A stretch of DNA of 64,000 nt, from contig CAWBMP010000002.1 of assembly GCA_963790025.1 (NCBI GenBank), forward strand, positions 672,001 through 736,000. The letters are read 5' to 3'. Positions 55,082 through 64,000 of the stretch are shown in pieces. Made by a program: the position numbers and the translations under genes. The DNA is from Nitrospirota bacterium. GTDB lineage: Bacteria > Nitrospirota > Thermodesulfovibrionia > Thermodesulfovibrionales > Dissulfurispiraceae. The first letter of the stretch is position 1, and every line of letters starts with the position of its first letter. The notes beneath the pieces were generated by a model. The model saw only the letters and a list, made by a program, of their open reading frames with translations. It was not told the origin of the DNA and did not search any database.

Positions 55082-57715
55082 TTATTTATGTGGTTCATCT
55101 TTCCGAATCTCCCGCTCCGCCTGCTCCCAGTCCTGAACTGCCCGACCTTCTCGGTGGCCTCGCCGCTCGTATAGTTCATAGGCCCGTGTGGCGATCTTTG
55201 GTGTAAGATCGAGCGGCTTCTTGGCCAACAATGGGGCTTCAGTAGGGTCAAAAATCCGATACGCGAGCAGTTTCACTCGGTCATTAATGAGGAACCACAC
55301 AAGCGCATAGCCCCAAACAAACAGTGCCCAACCCCAGCCGAGGGGTGTCATAAACAACCCATAAACCGCTATTAACGTCGCCACGATTTGTGTGCCGATC
55401 ACGGCCCCCAATAAAATCCTCGCCGGACGATGAGACCAGAACGGTCCGCGCGTGCGTGTTAGGAAGATCGTCAGATGTCCCGCCACCGACAGCTTCAAAT
55501 ACATCAGCGTCTGGATGTGCGGACGGTCAAGATGAAAGACGTGCTCACCGAGATAGAACAAGCCGAAGGCGGAAACGACACCTATGACGCCAAGCACCGT
55601 GGAGACCCCCAGCACCATATGCATGTTCCATGCTTCGGGCTTGTCCTTGTACTTAACGTTGTCATACGCAATGGACAGGATCGCCCCGTCGTTGAGCAAC
55701 GCCAGCATCACGATCATCACTGCGGTCAATGGATAAAAGTTAAACACCAGGATCGCCGACGTCATGAACAACAGCACGCGCAGCGTTTCGGCGATGCGGT
55801 AGATGGCATAGCTGTTCATCCGCTGAAAGATTTTCCGGCTCTCCTTGATCGCGTCTATAATCACCGACAGGCCGGGTGTCATCAGCACGATAGACGCTGC
55901 CGCGCGCGCCGCGTCCGTCGCGCCAGAAACGGCGATGCCGCAGTCGGCCTTCTTCAACGGGGGGGCGTCATTTACCCCGTCGCCCGTCATGCCTACGATG
56001 TGGCCGCGCTGCTGCAGTACGTCTACTATGTGGAACTTGTGTTCGGGAAACACTTGGGCGAAACCGTCCGCTTTCTCGATGGACTCCGCCAACTGCGCCG
56101 TCTCGTGATGCTTCGTGTCGCCGAAGCCACCAGCATCGAGGATATTTGTGCCCAGTCCCAATTTCCCTGCGGTTTCCCGGGCAATAGCCACTTGATCGCC
56201 CGTAATCATCTTGACGTTTACACCCATTTGGCGGGCAGTAGCGATGGTCGTCTTGGCATCTTCCCGGGGTGGATCGAACAGGGGCAACACACCAAGAAAC
56301 TGCCATTGACCTTCTCCCTCGGACCGCGCCACGCCCAACGAACGAAAGCCGCGCGCCGCGAATTCGTTGATGGCTTTCTCGATGGCAGGCTTGACCTGCC
56401 CTGCATTGGCCGATAACTCCAGGATAACCTGCGGCGCGCCCTTGGTCACCTTGAACTCCTTTCCGTCCGTGTCCTTGACAGTGGCTTCAGTGCGCTTATG
56501 CACCGGGTCGAATGGCTGGAAATGGACCACTTGATAGCCTTTCAGGGCCTGATCATTTTTCAGACCACCCAGCACGGCCAGGTCTATAGGGTCCTTATTG
56601 TCCGAGCGCGATGCGAGCGCTGCGTTTAGGATGACTTGATCGGAAGTTATGCCATCCACGCTGAACGGATCGCTCAGCGTCAGCTTGTTCTGGGTCAGGG
56701 TGCCGGTCTTGTCCGCACACAGCACATCCACGCCCGCCAATTCCTCTATGGCCGCCAACCGGGTCACAATCGCCTTTTTTTTGGCGAGTAGACGCGCGCC
56801 GACCGCCATGGTCACAGATAGCACTGTGGGCATCGCCACAGGAATAGCGGCCACCGTCAACACCAATGCAAACTGGAGAGTGGTAAGGATCGGATCACCG
56901 CGGAAGAGTGCGACGGTAATAATCACCGCCACCAGGGTCACTGCGAGGAGGATCAGATAATTGCCGATCTTCAACACCGCGCGTTGGAAATGGCTGGCTG
57001 TCTGCGCCCCCTGCACCAGTTCCGCCGTCTTGCCGAAGTAGGTGTTCTGGCCCGTGGCGTAAACGAGCGCGTCGATTTCGCCCGTGCGGATAATCGAACC
57101 TGAAAACACCGCTTCGCCGGATTTGCGCGTGACGGGCAACGACTCTCCCGTGAGCGTAGACTGGTCCACTTCTACAGGGTCACCCTCCAGCAAGCGCGCA
57201 TCTGCAGGCACTATGTCGCCCAGACGCAGATGGATGACGTCGCCCGGCACAAGCTCGCGCGCCTCCGGGTTGGTCCACTTTCCATCGCGTTTCACCTGGG
57301 CCTTGATCGCCAGCGTAGCTTTCAGCGCGGCTATGGCGTTGCCCGCTTGGTGTTCCTCCCAGAATCCGACCACGGCGTTGGCAACAAGTAGCAGAAGTAT
57401 GATGCCAAAGTCCGGCCAATGTTGGGCTACTGCTGAAAGGATCACAGCAGCTTCGATCATCCACGGGATTGGACCCCAAAAATATGTGAGGAATTTCAGG
57501 AACGCATTCGTTTTCTTTTCTTCAATCTCGTTAGGCCCATATTGGGTCAGCCGTTTCTGCGCCTCGGCTTGACTGAGGCCGTCCTGCGAAGTCCCTAATT
57601 TTGCCTGTAGTTCCGGCATGGGAAGGGATTTCAGATCGTCCTTCGCATTCGGCTTCGACCCCGGTTTTGATCCGGGCGCCTTGGGCTGGTCGGCATTGGG
57701 TTTCATAATAGGCAT
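55082..57715 (-). CDS. Plasma-membrane proton-efflux P-type ATPase (PIIIA) with C-terminal DUF2934-like domain
   Basis: FWGPIPWMIE, TGES, IPVAMP, DKTGT, KGAP, GDGVND, ALLNDG. Tail IATRAYELYERRG...QDWEQAE. Confidence 0.93.
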   Translation of the reverse strand: MPIMKPNADQPKAPGSKPGSKPNAKDDLKSLPMPELQAKLGTSQDGLSQAEAQKRLTQYGPNEIEEKKTNAFLKFLTYFWGPIPWMIEAAVILSAVAQHWPDFGIILLLLVANAVVGFWEEHQAGNAIAALKATLAIKAQVKRDGKWTNPEARELVPGDVIHLRLGDIVPADARLLEGDPVEVDQSTLTGESLPVTRKSGEAVFSGSIIRTGEIDALVYATGQNTYFGKTAELVQGAQTASHFQRAVLKIGNYLILLAVTLVAVIITVALFRGDPILTTLQFALVLTVAAIPVAMPTVLSVTMAVGARLLAKKKAIVTRLAAIEELAGVDVLCADKTGTLTQNKLTLSDPFSVDGITSDQVILNAALASRSDNKDPIDLAVLGGLKNDQALKGYQVVHFQPFDPVHKRTEATVKDTDGKEFKVTKGAPQVILELSANAGQVKPAIEKAINEFAARGFRSLGVARSEGEGQWQFLGVLPLFDPPREDAKTTIATARQMGVNVKMITGDQVAIARETAGKLGLGTNILDAGGFGDTKHHETAQLAESIEKADGFAQVFPEHKFHIVDVLQQRGHIVGMTGDGVNDAPPLKKADCGIAVSGATDAARAAASIVLMTPGLSVIIDAIKESRKIFQRMNSYAIYRIAETLRVLLFMTSAILVFNFYPLTAVMIVMLALLNDGAILSIAYDNVKYKDKPEAWNMHMVLGVSTVLGVIGVVSAFGLFYLGEHVFHLDRPHIQTLMYLKLSVAGHLTIFLTRTRGPFWSHRPARILLGAVIGTQIVATLIAVYGLFMTPLGWGWALFVWGYALVWFLINDRVKLLAYRIFDPTEAPLLAKKPLDLTPKIATRAYELYERRGHREGRAVQDWEQAEREIRKDEPHK

Positions 57716-57847
57716 TCTCCTTTCTTTGCTATGCCGCAGGTTTCGTGAGTTTCGGGACACTTGTTGTCATGCGCATGCCCTTTCCATCGCGGCATTTATT
57801 GGGTCCTTTTTATTCATTCTTTTTTTGTCTTTCTTTTACAAATTCAA

Positions 57848-60394
57848 TCACCGCTGCCACAGGATTCGTGCGTCTTCCAGTGGTATGGCAACTCTGTCGC
57901 AGTGCGGTATTACCCGAGCCGTATAGTCCGATGTTGGGCGGGCCGAAGGCACCGACGCACTGTAAACGTAGCCGCCCGACGTGTTGGCAAGTTGGCCAGC
58001 GCGCTTCATCTCCTGACGCACCGGACCGCCGCCGTTTATTCCTTCAGCATAAAGTTCTACACGCACTGCCTTCGGGTCGAGGTCGTTGAGATATATCTGA
58101 ACCTCGAATACATGCTGTTTCCCGTTGGTGTCGATCTTTACATCGCCGAAGTGGAGTGCGGCCCATTTTTGCTCCAGACTGTGTTGCCACTCGACCATTT
58201 GCCTGCCCATTGCGCCTTCATCGGCAATGCGCAAATGGTACGAGGTAGCAGCTGGGATGTAGTATTGCTCAGTGTATTCGCGCACGGAGCGGTTGGTGGA
58301 GAAGCGAGGTGTCAACCGTGCCATGCTTTCACGCATCCGCGCTACCCAGGCAGTGGGGATGCCCTTTTTGTCGCGAGTATAGAACTCGGGAATCACCTGA
58401 TGTTCGAGCAGGTCGTAGAGCGACTCGGCTTCGATGGCGTCCCAGGTCGGATCATCACCATGTTCCTGGCCGTCCCCCAGCGCCCACCCCACCTCGGGAG
58501 TGTAGGCTTCCGCCCACCAGCCGTCCAATTCCGAAAGATTAATGCCGCCATTGACGAGCACTTTCATGCCGCTCGTTCCGCAGGCTTCCCAGGGCCGTCT
58601 CGGCGTGTTGATCCAGACATCTACTCCCCTCACCAGGTGCTCGGTCAGAAGCATGTCGTAGTCACTGAGGAAGATAACATGGGGACGAGAATCGAGCCGG
58701 TGGATGAAATGGGTCCATTCCTGAATCAGGGCCTGCCCCGCCTGGTCCTCCGGATGGGCCTTGCCGGCAATGATGAGTTGCACAGGCAGCTGAGGATTGG
58801 TCAACAGGCGAAGCAGTCGTTCCGGATCGTACAGCAGCAGGTTCGGTCTCTTGTAGGCCGCGAAGCGCCGCGCAAAGCCCAGCGTCAACGCATTGGGATC
58901 AAGCAAGTGCTTCGCACTGTTAACCGTCTCGGGCGATGCGCCGGAGGCGGCCAGTTGCAAGGACAATCGTTCGCGAGCGTATTCAACGAGAGACTTGCCG
59001 GCCGCAATGCGAAATGTCCAGAGCCTGGCATCAGAGATGCGGCGAATGTCATTCTCCAGGGTTTCAGTTGGCCCCAGCCAGCGGTCTTTCCCACAGGCTT
59101 CCGTCCAAAGATCGTCAGATTCTGCCGAGTCCCAGCTCCGCATGTGGACTCCGTTGGTCACGTGTCCGACCGGCACTTCGTCTTGCGGCCAGTGCGGAAA
59201 GAGAGGCTCAAAAAGTTGCCGGCTCACCTTTCCATGCAGGCGGCTCACGCCATTCACCGCCCCGCTTCCACGAATTGCAAGATATGCCATGTTGAAACTC
59301 TCTGAGGCGTCGTTAGGGTTCTGCCGTCCCAGGGCCAGCAAATCGTGGAATGCTATGCCGAGCTTCTGTTCGGCATAACCACCGAGGTATTGCTCGATGA
59401 GGGCAGGAGCAAAGCGGTCAAATCCGGCAGCCACCGCTGTGTGGGTGGTGAAGAGATTGCCCGCTCGCGTGACGGCCAGTGCGACTTCGAAGGGCTGCTC
59501 TGTTTCTTTCATAAAACTCCGGGCCCTCTCCAAAATGGCGAAGGCCGCATGCCCTTCATTCAGATGACAGACTTCCGGCTGAATGCCGAGCGTGCCGAGC
59601 AGTCGCCAACCGCCGATCCCAAGCAGCATTTCTTGTTTCAGCCGCAACTCTGGCCCGCCCCCGTACAGCTCGCTGGTAATCCCTCGATGAGCAGGGAGGT
59701 TCGCAGGGTCATTGCTGTCGAGCAGGTAAAGGTGCACTCGGCCCACCTGGACCTGCCAGGCGCGCAGCCAGACCGGGTAACCAGGCAAGTCGAGCTTCAG
59801 CCGTAACCACTCCCCGTTAGCCTGGCGCAAAGGCGTTATGGGCAATTGGCCGGGATCGTTGTAGGGGTAAAGGGCTTGTTGCGCTCCGTCTTTGTCGAGC
59901 ACCTGCCTAAAATAGCCTTGCTGGTAGAGCAACCCCACGCCGATGACCGGAACGCCCAGGTCGCTAGCCGCTTTGAGCTGATCGCCGGCAACATTGCCAA
60001 GCCCGCCTGAGTAGATCGGCAAAGCTTCACTCAACATGAATTCCATGCTGAAATACGCGACACAGGTAAGTGGAGACTTCGAATGCGCTTGCTGAAACCA
60101 CGCAGGGGATTTCGTCGCCTGTCGCCTGGCTTGCACGAGGTCATCGACGCTTTTACGAAAGGATGGATCGCCTAACACACGCTGGAGCTGGTCCCGGGAG
60201 ACCGTCTGTAGGACGGCCCAAGGGTTATATGTGAAATCCCAAAGCGCGGGATCAAGCTGTCGCCATATTTCGTCAGTAGCGTGGTTCCACGACCAGCGCA
60301 TATCCAGCGCAAGCTCCGCCAGGGAATCAAATCCATTGATTTTCGTGGGTAAAAGACTGTAGATAGGCTTGTTGACAGGTGTTTGTTTGATCAC
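57848..60394 (-). CDS. glgP: Alpha-glucan phosphorylase
   Basis: YFSMEF, YSGGLG, NEGH, EACGTSGMK PLP site. Confidence 0.96.
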   Translation of the reverse strand: MIKQTPVNKPIYSLLPTKINGFDSLAELALDMRWSWNHATDEIWRQLDPALWDFTYNPWAVLQTVSRDQLQRVLGDPSFRKSVDDLVQARRQATKSPAWFQQAHSKSPLTCVAYFSMEFMLSEALPIYSGGLGNVAGDQLKAASDLGVPVIGVGLLYQQGYFRQVLDKDGAQQALYPYNDPGQLPITPLRQANGEWLRLKLDLPGYPVWLRAWQVQVGRVHLYLLDSNDPANLPAHRGITSELYGGGPELRLKQEMLLGIGGWRLLGTLGIQPEVCHLNEGHAAFAILERARSFMKETEQPFEVALAVTRAGNLFTTHTAVAAGFDRFAPALIEQYLGGYAEQKLGIAFHDLLALGRQNPNDASESFNMAYLAIRGSGAVNGVSRLHGKVSRQLFEPLFPHWPQDEVPVGHVTNGVHMRSWDSAESDDLWTEACGKDRWLGPTETLENDIRRISDARLWTFRIAAGKSLVEYARERLSLQLAASGASPETVNSAKHLLDPNALTLGFARRFAAYKRPNLLLYDPERLLRLLTNPQLPVQLIIAGKAHPEDQAGQALIQEWTHFIHRLDSRPHVIFLSDYDMLLTEHLVRGVDVWINTPRRPWEACGTSGMKVLVNGGINLSELDGWWAEAYTPEVGWALGDGQEHGDDPTWDAIEAESLYDLLEHQVIPEFYTRDKKGIPTAWVARMRESMARLTPRFSTNRSVREYTEQYYIPAATSYHLRIADEGAMGRQMVEWQHSLEQKWAALHFGDVKIDTNGKQHVFEVQIYLNDLDPKAVRVELYAEGINGGGPVRQEMKRAGQLANTSGGYVYSASVPSARPTSDYTARVIPHCDRVAIPLEDARILWQR

Positions 60395-60516
60395 GGTTTC
60401 TCCTTAGCAGTTTGGCTGGTTTCGCTGCCCCTCGTTCACTGGTACCGGTTCTTTTTCCACCATAAGAACATCTTTCATGATTGATCCCGTTATTTTTTAG
60501 CTATCCTTAAGCTTTG

Positions 60517-61488
60517 CTATTTTGCCAACACTCGCACCAGTTCCAACAGACGCAAATCCAGCGGCTTGTTGTTGGCTGAGACTTCGGCCAACGGGGTGGT
60601 TGCGATCCCACCTTTGAGATGCCCGACAAGCGCTCCATGCTCGCCCTTGGCCAGCAGTTCCGTTGCCGCCGCACCTAGGAGGGTTCCCAGCAGACGGTCA
60701 AATGAACCCGGTGCACCCCCACGCTGCACGTATCCCAGTTTGGTCACCCGCAGCTCGAAGCCCAACCGTTCTCCGTGCTCCTGAAAGTAGTGCGCCATTC
60801 CTTCTGCATTGTATCGGGCGCCTTCTGCAACGACCATGATGGCTGCAGCCTTGCCCTTGTCGTAAGCGGCGCGCAGTTCTGTGGCAGCAGCCTCTGGGTC
60901 TGCCTCTTCCTCGGGAATTATTACCACCTCGGCCCCACCGGCAATGGCAGCCATTAGGGCCAGATAGCCGCATTTGCGACCCATCACGTCGACGAGGAAC
61001 GCTCGATGGTGGGAGGAGGCAGTGACCTTAAGCCTGTCAATGGCCTCCAATGAAACGTTGAGAGCAGTATCTACCCCGATGGCGATATCGGAGCCATAGA
61101 GGTCGTTATCGATGGTTGAGGCCACGCCAACCACTGGAAAATCTAACAGTGACAGTGCGTGAGCGCCTGCCTGGGAGCCGTTGCCACCGATAACAACCAA
61201 TGCTTCGATCTCATGCCGGCGTAGCTCGGACAGGGCTTTCATTCGCCCATCAACGGTCTCGAATTCGAGACAGCGGGCACTGCCGAGCACGGTACCGCCT
61301 TGCTGTATGATGCCACCTACTTCCCGTGATCCCAGGGAAAAAATATCTCCGGAGATTAGGCCAGAGTATCCGTGTCTGACTCCTGACACATCCCAGCCTT
61401 TAGCGAGTCCGGTTCTCACGACAGCGCGGATGGCAGCGTTCATGCCAGGAGCGTCACCTCCGCTGGTTAATACAGCAATACGTTTCAT
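60517..61488 (-). CDS. pfkA: 6-phosphofructokinase
   Basis: TSGGDAPGMN, GGNGS, STIDND, MGR. Confidence 0.94.
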   Translation of the reverse strand: MKRIAVLTSGGDAPGMNAAIRAVVRTGLAKGWDVSGVRHGYSGLISGDIFSLGSREVGGIIQQGGTVLGSARCLEFETVDGRMKALSELRRHEIEALVVIGGNGSQAGAHALSLLDFPVVGVASTIDNDLYGSDIAIGVDTALNVSLEAIDRLKVTASSHHRAFLVDVMGRKCGYLALMAAIAGGAEVVIIPEEEADPEAAATELRAAYDKGKAAAIMVVAEGARYNAEGMAHYFQEHGERLGFELRVTKLGYVQRGGAPGSFDRLLGTLLGAAATELLAKGEHGALVGHLKGGIATTPLAEVSANNKPLDLRLLELVRVLAK

Positions 61489-61600
61489 GTGTTCCTACCG
61501 ATGGAGACCGCCGCCCCGACGTTCGAAGTATTGGTTTTGTTCTTCATGTTTGCTTCAGGAGTTTTTGCTGCACTATCTGCTTCGAGCAGGCTCCCTTTCA

Positions 61601-62051
61601 TTACCTCCTCACAATGAGCACCGGTATTTTTGTTTCTTTGTGGAGTACGCCATAGGCGACGCTCCCGAGGACTGCAGCTGCAAGAGCACTCTTCCCGTGA
61701 GAACCCATAATAATCAGATACCGCTTTTGCCCTCTCAGCCTCTTTCACAATATCCTCAATAGGATGCCCTGCCGTTATAACAATCGTTGATTGGACTCCA
61801 TTTTTATCGCAGAGTTTCTTTATTTCTCCGGCATAACCTTCAGCAGCCTCCCTCAGATAATCCTCGATAGGCTCTATTACATGCTTTGCAGTCTTCCCGG
61901 CTGGAACTGTCTGGCCTATAAATGAGCGCTTATCTGTAACGCTCAAGACAATTACCGAGGCTTTCAACTGCTTTGCGAGGTCAATCGCATACATGGCTGT
62001 CTTTTGAGCGGTCTTTGAGCCGTCTGTCGGAACAAGAATTTTTGAAATCAT
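61601..62051 (-). pseudogene. Universal stress protein, frameshifted
   Basis: KILVPTDGS...GHPIEDIV. The C-terminal IIMGSHG...LGSVAYGV...PVLIVRR* is in another frame. Confidence 0.85.
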
Positions 62052-62238
62052 ATATTCTCCTTTAATCCCCTGTTTTAAGTTTGCGAATGAACGGACACCT
62101 CGTGGCCTGTGCTTTTCAGTATATCCTTGGCCAAGGCCAGGTCATCCCCCAGGCCACGACGGCGCAAGGGTCCCGCACCAGAGACCACAGGATGAGAAAT
62201 CAAATTGCCTAATATTATTCAGTCTGATTCCATTGACC

Positions 62239-62697
62239 TTATGGTGCAGGCTCCGGTTCTTTCTTCACCATAAGAATTGAACACGGCATCTTCCGAATAA
62301 TCTCTTCGTTACTTCTTCCAAATAGGAAATGCTCCAGATGCCCCTCCTCATGGGCGAGCATGATGATGAGGTTTATGTTCTCTTCTTTTACAGCTTTTAG
62401 AATTTCCTCTGTAGGATTGCCCTCTTTGATTAATACCTTTATGGGCACGCCTTTCTTTTTCTCCATATCGATAATTGCATCCAGCTCATTTTTCGTCTCC
62501 TTCAATGTTCTCTTGTATTCTTCTTCAAGAGACGGTATCGGAAGGTTCCACCCCCCGTAAAAGAAAGGATCGTGGACCACGTGGACAACATAAAGTTCAG
62601 CCCGATATTTTTGGGACAGGGAAATTCCATAATGCACAGCCTTTCTGCAGTACCTGGTCATCCTGCTCACGACAAGAATGCGTTTAATATCTTCCAT
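62239..62697 (-). CDS. Universal stress protein
   Basis: IKRILV, LYVVHV, GNPTEEI, MPCSILMV. ATG at 62697. Confidence 0.9.
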   Translation of the reverse strand: MEDIKRILVVSRMTRYCRKAVHYGISLSQKYRAELYVVHVVHDPFFYGGWNLPIPSLEEEYKRTLKETKNELDAIIDMEKKKGVPIKVLIKEGNPTEEILKAVKEENINLIIMLAHEEGHLEHFLFGRSNEEIIRKMPCSILMVKKEPEPAP

Positions 62698-63016
62698 AAG
62701 TCTCCCTCCTGAATGATATTGATGATTGTCTGTTCGGCCCAGCCTTTTATGCAAAGGATAGAACATTTAAGACCCCATTTCAACATTTCCATTACTTTAT
62801 TTACACAATGTCTCAGTAGTTGATAGTCGGCATGTGATTTTGGTCAGCTTTGGGCACTAATAGGCGTCGAACAGTTACACACTCGATTTTAAGGCAAAAA
62901 CCCGAAATTAAAATGGAAATTACAGTTTAGTCTGTGTCAAAATTGGACGCTGATGATGAGTCAGAATTCCTTGCCGATTAACAGTTTTGTCGGGGCGATA
63001 TTAGGAGATTTAACAA

Positions 63017-64000
63017 ATGAGGAAAAAGGTTCTCGAAAGTTCGGTCTTGTTTATAAGTATCAGTAAATGGATTTTTCTTGCTTCAGTCGTGGGTATTATT
63101 GTCGGTTTTTCAACAGCGCTATTTCTTAAGTTACTCGGCCTGAGTATGGACTTTGCGAGGGGATACAAATATTATTTTATCTTGCTTCCTGCTGCGATGT
63201 TCTTAAGCGTGATTATCGTGAAATATCTTGCGCCGGAAGCCGAAGGTCATGGAACGGAGAAGGTGATAGAAGCTGTACACAAACGTTCAGGAAAGATAAA
63301 CCCTCTCGTGGTTCCCGTGAAACTGCTTGCGACGATCATAACGATTGCTGCTGGAGGGTCTGCCGGGAAAGAAGGCCCCTGTGCCCAGATAGGAGCCGGA
63401 CTTTCGTCGCTTATGTCAGATATACTCAGATTTGATGACAAAGATCGCAGAAGATTAGTCATATGCGGCATCAGCGCCGGGTTTGCCACAGTTTTCGGCA
63501 CACCCATAGCAGGTGCAATCTTCGGAGTGGAGGTCTTATTTGTCGGAGGCCTTCTTTATGATGTGCTTCTTCCCTCATTTGTTGCCGGAATAGTCGGCTA
63601 CCAGGTTTCATCTTCTTTGGGTATTACCTATTTTCACCACTCACTGAATTTTGTGCCTGTCTTCAGCAGCTTCTTCTTCATCAAGGTATGTTTCGGAGGA
63701 TTGTTCTTCGGCCTCTGCTCTTTTTTGTTTATAGAATTACTGGATTGCCTCAAAAAAATAAACAATAAAATCAACCTCCCTATTTCTTATAAAAGCATTC
63801 TCGGCGGTATTGTCCTGATGGGATTGGCCTTCCTGGTTTCTGCGCGTTATTTGGGGCTTGGGCTGGACACTATCGGGACTGCTCTTGAAGGCGGAAAGAT
63901 TCCCTGGTCGGCCTCCGTCATGAAGATGCTTTTTACCTCCATTACTTTGAACTTCGGCGGCAGTGGGGGCATCGTGACCCCTATATTTTTTATTGGGGCA
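63017..64000 (+). CDS. ClC-family chloride channel/transporter, partial (runs off window)
   Basis: Manual translation from ATG 63017: GHGTE, GGSAGKEGP, FGTPIAGAIF, GGSGGIVTP. Confidence 0.9.
   Translation, partial: MRKKVLESSVLFISISKWIFLASVVGIIVGFSTALFLKLLGLSMDFARGYKYYFILLPAAMFLSVIIVKYLAPEAEGHGTEKVIEAVHKRSGKINPLVVPVKLLATIITIAAGGSAGKEGPCAQIGAGLSSLMSDILRFDDKDRRRLVICGISAGFATVFGTPIAGAIFGVEVLFVGGLLYDVLLPSFVAGIVGYQVSSSLGITYFHHSLNFVPVFSSFFFIKVCFGGLFFGLCSFLFIELLDCLKKINNKINLPISYKSILGGIVLMGLAFLVSARYLGLGLDTIGTALEGGKIPWSASVMKMLFTSITLNFGGSGGIVTPIFFIGA

Noticed and set aside
57761..59305. 514-aa plus-strand ORF (and 55475..56416)
   Set aside because: Antisense shadows of glgP and the ATPase, expected in GC-rich coding DNA.

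Overview
A 64-kb window from a bacterium, probably Nitrospirota (Thermodesulfovibrionia-like), inferred from gene order and protein style rather than a database search. Most of it is core genome on the minus strand: mnmE-trxB-yidC-yidD-rpmH, livK, thiE-accC-accB-efp-pepP, coaBC-rpoZ-gmk-remA-yicC, one full rRNA operon (16S-tRNA-Ile-tRNA-Ala-23S-5S), rlmN, ahcY-metK-asd-leuB-leuD and miaA. There are four accessory zones. (i) At 1-3.2 kb, directly downstream of mnmE, is an AT-rich, single-orientation array of start-less toxin-tip-like fragments and small membrane (immunity-like) genes. It is interleaved with three copies of a Y1/HUH (RAYT-like) transposase unit bounded by 20-22 bp inverted repeats, and about 9 copies of a short CCGTCCCATTT(AATC) motif mark many junctions. 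This is the best candidate for an undescribed gene-cassette system. (ii) A decaying DUF134/NifB-NifX/CDF/PAS-kinase block lies at 28-32 kb. (iii) A toxin-antitoxin graveyard lies at 43.6-45.3 kb. (iv) A GC-rich P-type H+-ATPase/glgP/pfkA/USP block lies at 55-62 kb. Features missed by the ORF track include rpmH, a UGA-containing small selenoprotein with a SECIS-like hairpin, and two small proteins. rnpA is absent from its usual slot, and the 23S gene carries a ~115-nt hexamer-repeat hairpin related to a family of intergenic 6/7-mer-repeat palindromes.
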